This document shows positions 12,896-25,539 of a stretch of 64,000 nucleotides of DNA, in pieces; the stretch's first letter is position 1, and every line of letters starts with the position of its first letter. Source of the DNA: Octopus sinensis (taxonomy: Eukaryota); NCBI RefSeq assembly GCF_006345805.1, contig NC_043008.1:5766001-5830000 (forward strand). The letters are read 5' to 3'. The position numbers and the translations under genes are program-made. Below the pieces are notes generated by a model. The model was not told the DNA's origin. It made no database searches and worked only from the letters and a program-made list of their open reading frames with translations.

Positions 12896-13957
12896 ATATA
12901 TAAATTCAAGCAAATTGTCATATGAGGGTGCGACCTGAAGCTGTGATTTATCACACACATTTGAATTTGTCATTGATGTTTTCGTTGATGGTGTATCAAC
13001 ATTTACACACACACACACACATACACAAACACACACACATACATACACGTGTACATATATACACATTTATAAATACAAACAAACACACCCATTTGTAAAA
13101 TAAGTGAAGAGCGAAGTTTATGGCGTTACATTTATTCCATTGTTTTGTAATTGACTCAACAACTTGCGGGTGACCAACCAAGAATTGTCAAGGGTGATGA
13201 CGACAATCTAGTCATGCGCATTATGCAATATATATATCACATATTAATATTAGGAGTCAGTTAACCACAGCTGATGAGAGAAACACAATACACAGAACGA
13301 TTTGGTTACTCAACTTAAATGGGAAAATTTTTACATATATGAAACAAATATAGCAATAATAACATATAAATATTCGTTTGCAAAACCTTTTCCGACAGAA
13401 AAATTTGAAAACTGTTCAAGGGACTCGCTTGCATATGATAGGCACTCTACCACTGGACCGAAGCAGTCTTTCGAATGGTTCCTGCATTTTAGAAGCTTAA
13501 TTCTTGCCAGCAAGAATTGAATGTTGTTGACATCATAAGAAATGTGAATTCATTTTTGGGATTCGATCTTGAAGCGCATATAAAGCTATGAATAACGTTC
13601 TCTCGAAATTTTATAAATTGTTATGACATCAACAACATGCAACTTTTGCCGGTAGGGATAATGTTTGTTTCGAAAATGACCAGAGGATTTCAAAGCATTA
13701 CCTTGATCCAGTGGTAGAACGCCTGTCATGTGTCCAGGGGTTGTGGTTTCAAGACACACAGGTAGCCGTCGACTTATTGCAAACGGTTTTTGAACCGAAT
13801 ATTTACATTCTCTTATTTATAACTTCTTCATCCGCTTCGAAATCCAATTCTCCTAAAAGTTATTTTACCTTCTCTCGAAAGCTTATAAATTCTTACACAT
13901 TTGTACGTGTGTATGTTTCTGTATATATAGGTGTGTTTGTGTCGTGTACAAAAAGAC

Positions 13958-14004
<47 letters not shown>

Positions 14005-14268
14005 TACACACATACACAAACACACACACACACACACATCTATATATCTTATGAATATTAGAAAATTATGCTCTTAAATAAAATTGTTAATTTTGATAAT
14101 GTTCGAATATATTTCTATATTTGAAATTTTATCTAAATTTACAATGTTATTCATAGAGCAGATTCCCTGAATATTTTACAAGTAGGAACCATCTTAAACG
14201 AGAATATTATTTTCTATCTTCCGCAGAATTTGATACCACACACTAACTTATCGAAAATAGGAATTTAA

Positions 14269-14421
14269 ATGAAGAATTTTAATAACAGCAGCATTCCAAT
14301 GTATATTGTCCTTCTTTTCATATTGTGTGAAGTATCCTTGTGTGTGGATATTGTTAGAAACACTGAGGCAGTATTTGATATAAATCTATACAAATACGAG
14401 TATGAATCAACACAAGATTAA
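14269..14421 (+). CDS. Possible small coding exon / 50-aa ORF with signal-peptide-like N-terminus
   Basis: MKNFNNSSIPMYIVLLFILCEVSLCVDIVRNTEAVFDINLYKYEYESTQD*, preceded by a good acceptor ttttctatcttccgcag (ends 14226). No homology recognised. Confidence 0.2.
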   Translation: MKNFNNSSIPMYIVLLFILCEVSLCVDIVRNTEAVFDINLYKYEYESTQD

Positions 14422-14708
14422 ATTGCTTACTGCCTTCTATGTTATTTGAAACAAGTTTTTGAAGATAAGATATTTATTAAATTCCCGTATTTGAAAATCA
14501 CACCTTCAGAACGTTAGTAGGGTGTTTCAATCTAGTAATAGGTAGTAGGTTCCTGTGCAATATTTATTGTCTAATCTTATCAATATATATAAATGTATAA
14601 CATGCAATGGAGTCGGCTACGGAAAATATCTATTAGAAGATGATGCGTGTTGGTATAATACTTTGGAAGCGACTGCTGTCTCATTCTTCGAACAGTATGA
14701 GAAGCCTC

Positions 14709-14747
<39 letters not shown>

Positions 14748-14819
14748 TTCTGTGCCTGTACGCGATCCAACACTCAGCAACTTTGAATTAATGTCTAAGA
14801 AAACAATGAGAGAAGACAT

Positions 14820-15105
14820 TGGATCTTTTCACTTTGACCGGCAGATTTTTAAAGTAATTTCTTTGTAACTAAACACTTTTAAACTTCGTATACTGGTTGT
14901 GTGTTACATAAAAGATCTTTTTCTCTTGGCTTTCTTGAGAAAATTCTGTAGTTTGTAAGCTATTTGTTGTTTAATTTCTTGCATTTTGGCAATTTCAACC
15001 AATCAATGACGTCTATTGAGGTGAATACAATTTCTGCCGTAGTGTGTCAACAACATTTACAAAGAAATTATTTTAAAAATCTGCCGGTCAAAGTGAAAGG
15101 ATCCA
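14820..15105. mobile_element. MITE with ~50-bp TIRs and 6-bp TSD (AGACAT)
   Basis: tggatcttttcactttgaccggcagatttttaaagtaatttctttgtaa / ttacaaagaaattattttaaaaatctgccggtcaaagtgaaaggatcca, with agacat at 14814-14819 and 15106-15111. Confidence 0.85.
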
Positions 15106-15662
15106 AGACATTTTATCCGGCATGACGAGTGTAAAAAATAAAATAGAAGTTCCAGTTAGAGTTTACTTCTGACTTCTACAATCAAACACTGATACTTATT
15201 GAATATAATATTGAGTTTATAACCAGCAAGGATCACGAACAATGGACTACAAGCTCCGATACGAACTTCAGCCACAGTAAATCATTGGATTAGGAAGCTG
15301 TTTAATGGTGGTGGCTTTAATATATAGAATAATGTCGTTTTCGGTATCAGGCCCGTTCACATAACAATTCGTAGCTTCTGTAATTCAGCGTGAAGGCTGG
15401 GAACAAATTTGCAGCAGTATTTCTTGGAAGTTAGCTCAGAAGCGGCAGGAGAGCTCGTTTTGCTTTATAGTTGCCGTCCAAGAATGAATGAATGATTGCG
15501 GTTCTCTGTGCAATGTTGACAAATGATCTGAAGTGGCAGAGGTTTCGAAATAAGGCAAGAAGAAAGAATGAGATGAGGGCACGATGACTTGCATTTCAGG
15601 ATATCTCGATCTCCCCTTGAAAGATCTTTGATTGAACACCCCGGTTTGAATCAGTCGTTTGA

Positions 15663-16330
<668 letters not shown>

Positions 16331-16425
16331 AATGCAGGAAAGATTATAATCTCACTCTCTCTATCTGCCTCTCTCTCCATCCCCCCTCTCTCTCTATAAA
16401 TATATGTCAGTGTGTGTGTGTAGTG

Positions 16426-16456
<31 letters not shown>

Positions 16457-16774
16457 GTATATATATGTGTGTGTATGTATGTATGTGTGTATGTGCGCGT
16501 GTGTGTATAGTAAAATTTTCACTTGACAAAAAAAAAAACTGATGAATACAACGGACCTTAAGCGTTCGGAATATCATAGAAACCTCGGAATATTCATCAT
16601 TGGACTACATTTCACGGATAATATAATTATAAAGTGTGCAAGACATTTTGTAATAATTATATTTACGTACAAGACATGTTAAAAGTTCAGTTATTGAAGC
16701 TTAACAAAACAGTGCTTCTATACAATCTGCTCCCGGGGAGGCCTGGAACCTCTAGTATTACTGTGAGAATAAAC

Positions 16775-17170
16775 ATGTATGTATGTATGTATGTATGTAT
16801 GTATGTATGTATGTATGTATGTATGTATGTATGTATGTATGTATGCATGTATGTGTGGGTGTATGTGTGTGGTGTGTATGTATGTATGCGTGTGCTTGTG
16901 TGTATGTATGTGTGTGTATATGTATGTATGCATGTATGTATGTATGTGCGTATGTATCTATTTATGCATGTGTGTATGTATGTATGTATGTATGTATGTA
17001 TCTATGTATGTGTGTGTGTATGTGTGTATCTATGTGTGTGTATATATGTATGCGTGCACTTGTGTGTATGTATGTGTGTGTATATGTATGTATGAATGTA
17101 TGTATGTATGTATGTAATGCATGTGTGTATGTATCTATTTATGAATGTGTGTGTATATGTATGTATGTAT
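16775..17170. repeat. (TATG)n degenerate microsatellite
   Basis: Direct reading; explains the MYVC ORFs. Confidence 0.95.
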
Positions 17171-17284
17171 GTATATTACATACTTTTCCGATACTTCCAC
17201 TATCACGCACCACTGCAGTTCCATATTTGCATGCTTCCACATACACGCGCACACACACACACATACACACACACATATATATAT

Positions 17285-17648
17285 ACGACGGGCTTCATTC
17301 AGTTTTCGTCTACCAAATCAACTCACAAGGCTTTGGTTTGCCCGAGGCTATAGTTGAAGATACTTACCCTAAGGTGCCACTCAATGGAACTGAAACTGGA
17401 ACGATATATGTATATATTTATGTGTGTGCTTTTGTGTCTATGTTTGTCGCTACGTCCCCCACCATCGCTTGACAACCGATGATGGTCTGTTTACATCACC
17501 ATAAAGTAGCGGTTCGGCAAAAAGACCGATAGAATACAATGGTAAAAAGAAAATGTACAGGAGTCGATTAATTGGGCTAAATTTTTTTAATGCTGTGCCC
17601 CAGCATGGCCGCAGTCTAATGACTGAAAGAAATAAAGGATAAAAGATA
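17285..17648. mobile_element. Rearranged SINE family A (5' half inverted, 3' half on +)
   Basis: 17285-17402 is the reverse complement of the head/CORE-like half; 17430-17648 is the + strand 3' half. Confidence 0.75.
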
Positions 17649-18307
17649 CGTCCTGGTATCTGTGCTGAAAATTCTAGTAGATTTCGAAAACACTCTCATC
17701 TGTCTTACATTCGGAGTCAGTTTTAATCTCATCTTTGAACATTACGCGATTAATTCCATCAACACTTTTGGTCTGTAGTATCCTAAATTTAATGTTGTTC
17801 TTGATGATGTTGGAGGATCAAACGAACAACAAAAACGATTCTTATTTGATCTTCTTTAATTTAATCTAACTCAAAACTTAGGACCATTCTATTATCGATA
17901 GCAAATATTTCCAGTTACTCTAGATTCCAGAAAATTGTGCCACGTCAAAATTGCTTTGATACTTGATTCATTCCTCTCCAATTCCGATCCAGATGCAATA
18001 TTTTCTCCCTGTATAAACTTTTATCTATTACCGGCAATTTTCTGTTCTTTTATGGTTCTCCAGAAAGTTATTACAACCGCTAAAACTTTCTACAACAGCA
18101 TGAGCCTGTCAAATGTTTTTAATGCAGTGACTTGTCTTTGTCTATAACGACAATTGTCGATAAATTTAACCAGGAGTCCGTAACACTGTCATTTCCCATG
18201 TTTTCCATTCCCTGACAGCACACCCTGTAGAAACCTCTTTAAGCTTTATCTGATCCTGTTATTTCCCAATAACGCATTTCTCCTTTATTGGCATCACTCT
18301 TAGTTAA

Positions 18308-18702
18308 GGCTGCGAGCTGGCAGAAACGTTAGCGGTATTTCTTCTGCCGTTACATTCTGAGTTCAAATTCCGCCGAGGTCGACTTTGCCTTTGATCCTTT
18401 CGGGATCGATAAATTAAGTACCAATTACGCACTGGGTCGATATAATCGACTTAATCCGTTTGTCTGTCCTTGTTTGTCCTCTCTGTGTTTAGCCCCTTGT
18501 GGGTAGTAAAGAAATAGGTATTTCGTCTGCCGTTACGTTCTGAGTTCAAATTCCGCCGCGGTCGACTTTGCCTTTCATCCTTTCAGGGTCGATAAATTAA
18601 GTACCAGTTACGCACTGGGGTTGATATAATCGACTTAATCCGTTTGTCTGTCCTTGTTTGACCCCTCTATGTTTAGCTCCTTGTGGGTAATAAAGAAATA
18701 GG
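18308..18702 (+). mobile_element. Tandem dimer of SINE family B
   Basis: Two consecutive copies (18308-18518, 18519-18702); the second is 5'-truncated at ggtatttcgtctgcc. B box gttcaaattcc in both. Confidence 0.9.
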
Positions 18703-18956
18703 TATCACTTTTAGTGGTTCCAAATATTTTGTTTATTTCTCACCTTTACACTTTGTCTATTTTACTTGATTAGACAAACACACACTCTCTCTCCCACTCT
18801 CTCTATTTCTCTCATTCTCTCTATTTTCCTCTTCTCTTCTCTTTATTAATCGTAGTCCACCTTCAGTTGATTGTCATACTCTTGATGTTAATGTTGTTTG
18901 TTCCTAGGTAACCAGGTAAAATACCGCTAAGCATTTCACCTGGCGTACTAACTATT

Positions 18957-19190
18957 CTTTTTTTTTTTTGCCCACAAGGGGCTAAACATAGAGGGGACAA
19001 ACAAGGACAGACAAATAGATTAAGTCGATTACATCGACCCCAGTGCGTTACTGGTACTTAATATATCGACCCCGAAAGGAATGAAAGGCAAAGTCGACCT
19101 CGGCGGAATTTGAACTCACAACGTAACTGTAGACGAAATACCGCTAAGCATTTAGCCCCTCGCGTTAACGTTTCTGCCAGCTCGCCGCCT
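18957..19190 (-). mobile_element. SINE family B, full length
   Basis: Reverse complement of family B consensus; a short extra fragment lies at 18905-18955. Confidence 0.9.
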
Positions 19191-19803
19191 TAAAGTAATA
19201 CAAATACTGTAGAAGTAAATACAGACGATATATCGCCTCCTCCGACTTTTCTGACACGAACCATCCTCGACAGCCGGCACCTGTTCTCTATGGTTGCCGT
19301 CCAATTACATTGAGCAGCCGAAAGATTGACAAGCTGCCAAATATCCCACCACAATACACTGCATCACCACCGAAAGAGCATTTCCAACACCACCATTACC
19401 AAAACATATAAGCACAGAAACAAGAACAACAAATGCAATAACAAAAATTCCAAGTAGACCGACATCCCCAGGAACAATAACACACAAAGAACGCAAAAAA
19501 CATCAACCCAACACAAAACAACATTAAATTTTGTTGTTTTAGTGACATTTTAAGAATAAATTTTATAAGAAGGTATCTGTTTTGTGTCAGTTGTTTGAGT
19601 TGCTGTTGTAATAGTGATAATGTATTTATTTCATCAATAATGTTTCTTTTTTTTTTCTCTAAGTGCAGTAAAATAACAGAAATTTATTATTTAATTTAAT
19701 TAATGTCAGACATTTGCCTAAAAATACTTATTTACTTTCCTTTTCTTTGAAATATATTGGAATACATCTTTTCATTCCTATCTCTAACATTTATACCAGA
19801 CGT

Positions 19804-19835
<32 letters not shown>

Positions 19836-19849
19836 ATATATATATATAT

Positions 19850-19881
<32 letters not shown>

Positions 19882-20159
19882 GTACTGTTGCGGAGTGAAA
19901 CGGCAACAGTGGGAATTTTCCTGGAATCGAACCTCTGTGTTAAATAATTATCGTCAATTTTGGTATTTGTTACTGTTGCTGCTGCAGCTGTTTAAGTAAT
20001 TACTTTCAGCTTACATTTCAATGAGAATCAGTTTTGTTCTACTTTATGTTAATGAAAAGTAATTAATAATAATTCTATAAGAATCAATCTTATAGAAGTA
20101 AAAAATCAAACTTAGACACAAGTAAGCGTTAGAACGTGGGGTAAATTACTTAACGGCAT

Positions 20160-20273
20160 TTCGCCGAGGTCGACTTTCGGGGTGAATAAAACAAGTACCA
20201 GTTGAATACTGGGGTCGATGTAATCGACTTAACCCCTCAAAGCAAATTTCAGGCCCCATGCCTATAGTAGAAA

Positions 20274-20276
<3 letters not shown>
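20160..20276 (+). mobile_element. SINE family B, 3' part
   Basis: cgccgaggtcgactttc...ggggtcgatgtaatcgactt...tagtagaaat. Confidence 0.8.
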
Positions 20277-20305
<29 letters not shown>

Positions 20306-20379
20306 CTTCTTCTTCTTCTTCTTCTTCTTCTTCTTCTTCTTCTTCTTCTTCTTCTTCTTCTTCTTCTTCTTCTTCTTCT
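20277..20379. repeat. (TTC)n microsatellite
   Basis: Direct reading. Confidence 0.97.
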
Positions 20380-20830
20380 GTGAGGTTGTTGATTGAAGAT
20401 ATTGTGCCTACCAGGGGTTTGTACTGTTTGTCAAGTCACAACAAGGACCTCAGACGGACAGTTCTTTATGCAATATACGTGCAGTTCCAAGTAATGCCGA
20501 CTTTTACAATAAATCTAGATTGTAGGGTATTTCTATGGTTTTCAGATGTTTTTTCAAATTGTGTAGTATTGAACCAAATGCTCCGATAACAATAGAGATA
20601 ACCTTTATGTTTGACTCTCGTAGCTGACACATCTTAGCAATCTCAATTCTAAGGTCTCCATATTTATCAACCTTTTCTCTTTCTTTCATGATGATATGTT
20701 GATCTCCTGGCACTGCCACGTCGATTACTAATTAGACAATCTTGTTTGTCCCTCCTAAAGATTTCTATATCCGACCTTCGGTACTCTAATATCTTGTCTG
20801 TCTGGAAGTCAAAGTCCCAGAAGAATTATG
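20380..20830 (-). mobile_element. R4/Dong-clade LINE 3' end (restriction-like endonuclease domain)
   Basis: Minus-strand DVAVPGDQHIIMKEREKVDKYGDLRIEIAKM...IVIGAFGSI is the REL C-terminal motif set. Confidence 0.85.
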
Positions 20831-20984
20831 TCTGTTGGTAACCTCATATCCATTCTTATGGCACAGTAACCAGTGGAGGTCTCGGGCTACCTTGCCCTCT
20901 TTACGCTTCTACTCTTTCAGCGCAACACTTTCACAAGCACTAACAACGCATGGCTTTGTGTTTGCAATCTATCCTCGTTTCTCA

Positions 20985-21130
20985 ACCGGTGTTGGTTTGT
21001 TTACGCTTCATGGTACGGCTAAAGAAACTGGCAAAATAAGTACTGAGGTTGATTTGTTCAACTAAATTCTTCAAGGATACGCTCCAGCATGGCCGTTGTC
21101 CAATTTCTGAAACAAGTGAAAGATGAAAGA
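20985..21130 (+). mobile_element. SINE family A, 3' fragment
   Basis: ataagtactgagg...gctccagcatggccg...ctgaaacaagtgaaag. Confidence 0.7.
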
Positions 21131-21720
21131 ATATACATACATACATACATACATATATACATACGTACATACATCTGGTATACACACGGTCAGCGAAATT
21201 TTTTCCCACAGGAGTTCCGGAACCCATATAGCCAATCAGAGCTCACCTTGACCTTGACCATGCAGATAACGAAGGATGAGATCCGTTCAGCTCTCAGATT
21301 ATGCCTAGACACGAAGCCCAACATAACATTCGTGAATGTGTTAAAAACAACCAATCTCTTACCAAGTAAACTCAAGACGAAGAACGATGTTGCAAGTCGA
21401 GTTATGCTTGGTTTTAGAAGGAGACAAGTAATTAGATGAATTTGCATCTATACTTGTATTATCGGGTTTTGTTAGGGCCCCCCATATGGTAGAGTTGTGG
21501 ATGGAAAAATTGTAGGTAGAGGATGATGAGCTAGCAACACTCTCCCTTTACTGTTTTACAAAATAAACAACAACACAAATAACTACGCGGAGGCAGCCAT
21601 AATTGAAACAAGAACAAAAACAACAAGCATTATTAAAGGAGAAAAGAAGCATGGTCATTCCTTATCCAAGTGACCTTATCTTATCGCACATCACTTGTTA
21701 TGCGCTCATAAATTAGTTTG

Positions 21721-22108
21721 GGTGGAGGCGCAATGGCCCAGTGGTTAGGGCAGCGGACTCGCGGTCGTAGGATCACGGTTTCGATTCCCAGACCGGGCGT
21801 TGTGAGTGTTTATTGAGCGAAAACACCTAAAGCTCCACGAGGCTCCGGCAGGGGATGGTGGTGATCCCTGCTGTACTCTTTCACCACAACTTTCTCTCAC
21901 TCTTACTTCCTGTTTCTGTTGTGCCTGTATTTCAAAGAGCCGGCCTTGTCACTTTCTGTGTCACGCTGAATATCCCCGAGAACTACGTTAAGGGTACACG
22001 TGTCTGTGGAGTGCTCAGCCACTTACACATTAATTTCCCGAGCAGGCTGTTCCGTTCATCGGATCAACCGGAACCCTCGTCGTCGTAACCGACGGAGTGC
22101 TTCCATCC
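21721..22108 (+). mobile_element. SINE family C, tail type 2
   Basis: Head ggaggcgcaatggcccagtgg (A box)...ggtttcgattcc (B box); 11-bp TSD aaattagtttg (21710-21720, 22109-22119). Confidence 0.92.
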
Positions 22109-22403
22109 AAATTAGTTTGATAGTTGAGCTCTGATTGGTTGTATGCAAATGAGTTCATAAGTGGTGTCCGGAACCCCCGTGGGAAAAATTTCGCCGCCAT
22201 GGCCCACACGTCCTTTTTTGAAAGAACGACCAAACAACAAGGCAGCACCAGCTTCAGAAATTCTCTTTTTTGCAATGTATCTGGTGTCGCTGGTTTGTCA
22301 ATCTCACTTCTAACAACTCCATGTGACCAGCATTGACCGATAGCGGCTCAGTTTTTGGTAGCCATCTTGGACTTCATTCATCTCTCCATTCGGTTAAATG
22401 AGC

Positions 22404-22447
22404 CTGACGAGGTAGGTTTCTGTAAGAACCCTACGAAACATTAAGTC
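22404..22447 (+). ncRNA. Hammerhead ribozyme core (helix I degenerate)
   Basis: CUGACGA-G-GUAGG uuuc uguaa gaac CCUAC-GAAAC-AUUAA-GUC. Confidence 0.55.
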
Positions 22448-22504
22448 ATATAGATCCATATACATGTGTATGTTTGTGAGTGTGATTACTGAAGTATATA
22501 TATA

Positions 22505-22511
22505 TATATAC

Positions 22512-22542
<31 letters not shown>

Positions 22543-22786
22543 TGTATGTATGTATGTATGTATGTATGTATGTATGCATGTATGTGTTTGTGTGTATATA
22601 TGTGTGTGTGCTTTTCTGTGCGTGTGTATATGCACGCATTAAACGGCTGTAAATTACTCGAGTCATAAGTAACTTAAGTTAATTAAAACACTCGGTTCTC
22701 CAATAACGTATAACACTTTACAGCTAATGAAAATAACTATGCACGCACGCACATATATGTGTGTATATATGTATATATATATATAT

Positions 22787-22836
<50 letters not shown>

Positions 22837-22860
22837 ATATATATATATATATATATATAG

Positions 22861-22892
<32 letters not shown>

Positions 22893-23070
22893 ATATGTAT
22901 GTATATATATCAGAGTTGCAAAATAATGATAAGCAACAAATTATGCAAAAATCAAAATCAGATAGTAACAATGTGCAATGTAAAAAATGGGAAACATAAA
23001 ATAAAGTAGATATAATTGCAAAAAAAAAAAATGTTGAAAGACTAAAAATTATATATATAGATAAATATAT

Positions 23071-23120
<50 letters not shown>

Positions 23121-23447
23121 TATATATAATATAAATATATATGTATATGTATGTAATATATATACATATGTATATACGTATATATTATATATATACTATA
23201 TACATATAATATATATATATATATACATACACATATACATACATATATTTATATTATCTACATATATTACAAACACACACACACACATATATATACATAT
23301 ATACATTATATATATAATTATATATATATATATATATAATATATAATATAATATATATATATATGTATATGTATGTATATATATATATATGTGTGTGTGT
23401 ATATTCATACACACACACCCATACACAAATACTCACACCACACACAC

Positions 23448-23505
<58 letters not shown>

Positions 23506-23510
23506 CACAT
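22505..23510. repeat. (TATG)/(TA)/(CA) microsatellite blocks
   Basis: Direct reading, with short unique interruptions. Confidence 0.85.
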
Positions 23511-23745
23511 CTGGATGACTGTTGACTCAGATAGGGAAGCATGGAGAGTTACGTGCTAAAGATTTTGTGTTCGACAAAGTTAAGCACGCTGAAATGAAAA
23601 GAAAATTTCGTAACAATGAGATTAATACCAATAGCGTCGTGAGAGTTTCTCATTCCTTCTTTAAATGTTCATTATGCACAAAAATATGCATGTCTGATGC
23701 TAGTATGAGATCGCACCCATGTAGCACCCATGTAGCACCCATGTC
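23505..23745 (+). mobile_element. RTE-clade LINE extreme C-terminus
   Basis: W...DREAWR, KHAEMKRKFR and FKCSLCTKICMSDASMRSH match the RTE/BovB-type terminal C2H-type finger. Confidence 0.65.
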
Positions 23746-24437
23746 GCTAATGCATACACGTCGCATTTAATAATATGTCACTGTGTAGATTATGTTGATA
23801 TGACACAACTTCTGTGATTTCTGAACCCTCATTCTGTCTATTGGCCGTGGTTGTAATCTACGCGATCCTTCTTTCAGTTACTATACAGTTCATCATATGC
23901 AACTGAGCACGACCCCTTGATATGACACTCGTGGTACAATAGCTCTTCATTCTTTTGCATCATATCTTTGAACGGTCTTAGATTTAGCTTCAAACTTACC
24001 AGTCATCCATGTTATTTATTGCTCAAGTAACAACTCTGCAATTCTTTACGCATATGAAAAGAGGCATTGTTTGGCAAGTTTATTCAAAGTGCATCAGCTT
24101 TAAGTACGCCACGACAATTCCGAGACCCGTAATCCTTTGTACATCATTTGAAGTTCGTGGGTTACCACCACTCTCTTTATAAGTTTAGTTTACATCAACG
24201 TTATAATGTTCCTTTCATTAGATTCCTTCGCAAAGGAGAACTGATCTTTTTAAATTGAACACTTCCTTTCCTTATTCGTATCAACGCTATAGATCTCCTC
24301 CATTTGCTTCTCATCTCCTTTTACAATCTCTCACGCATACCGTTGCTCGTATATGCATACTGCCCGACCGCTTCGTCAACACACACACACACACACACAT
24401 TGCCGTGTATAATTCACTTACATTCATGCTACTCAGT

Positions 24438-24723
24438 TTTTTTTGTTCCTTCTCGAGCCACGCCTGGCTCATAAGGGCCGGTTTCCCGGTTTCCGTGGTG
24501 TGTATAGGTTCCCCACCTGGACGGGACGCCGGTCCGTCGCAGGTGAGCTACAAGATGCAAGAGGAAAGAGTCAGCAGAAGTTTCGCCATTACCTTCTGCT
24601 GGAGCCGTGTGGAGCTTAGGTGTTTCGCTCATAAACACACACATCACCCGGTCTGAGATTCGAACCCGCCGTCCCTCGACCGCGAGTCCGCTGCTCTAAC
24701 CACTGGGCCATGTGCCTCCACGC
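24438..24723 (-). mobile_element. SINE family C variant, tail type 3 (Meta-domain-like)
   Basis: Minus head ggaggcacatggcccagtggttagagcagcggactcgcgg; body cctgcgacggaccggcgtcccgtccagg...gaaaccggg. 13-bp TSD catgcta(c/a)tcagt (24425-24437, 24724-24736). Confidence 0.85.
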
Positions 24724-25539
24724 CATGCTAATCAGTACGTACACTGACTCCACTGTTGTTTACTCTTCCTCTTGAGCGTACTTTCAACATTTTACTACCA
24801 CCTACCCAACGCACTTCTACTCAGTAGCAACATAACCACTTGCTTCATTTATTATGATAAACAACACACATTTTCCTTTCCTATCATCTCTCTTTCCGGT
24901 TTTTATAAGTAAAATTAACTGCCATCATACATTTATATTGGGTAATTTGTTTTAAATTGCAGTATCTTAAGATAGAGGAAATTCACCACTTTTTCATAAT
25001 TTAAGACTTAATTAGTAACTTATTAGAATAATTAGTATCTTATATACTTTCGTTTTTATACAATCTGGTCAAGAAAGCCAGTCCATATAACTCTTAGTAG
25101 CTCTTTCAGTTTTATGAGAATACTGTGCAGGCACAGGTCGCAAGGGAGACGGTTCTGGTAAACTGAGTAAATGTCTAGCTAAGTGTCGAGAACTTTAGTA
25201 ACAGTCAATGCGAGTGGAGGGAGGGGAGACAAATAAAGTGAAGAGGCTCAGAGTTTGTTAATTCAAGCGAGAATAGGGATTCGTATTCTCACAAGAAAAA
25301 GAGAGGAATTCTCGCTTTTTGAGAAAATGCATGTCAGTAATTGTAGGTTGTATTGGATGTAAGCTGGATGAAGTTTTAGGGATAAGATAGTTTGTATCTC
25401 CGTAGATTCTTGCAGAAGCAGGTAAAGATCAGTGATTTCCAATGAAGTAAATGACTTCTAAAGTTTTCTCTAAATATTTAAAGGTGAAAATGAGTCGCAG
25501 GCATGGCTGTGTGGTAGGAAGCTTGCTTCCCGCGCATGC

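Noticed and set aside
13272-13286. CTGATGAGAGAAAC
   Set aside because: No room for helix II and no helix I or III; chance match.
19200-19620. A/C-rich stretch ending in AATAA, suggestive of a retroelement 3' end
   Set aside because: No protein motif recognised; cannot be classified from sequence alone.
21724-21800. tRNA-Arg-like sequence with A and B boxes (also 34288, 62115, 24719)
   Set aside because: No proper acceptor stem, and it continues into a SINE body, so it is a SINE head rather than a tRNA gene.
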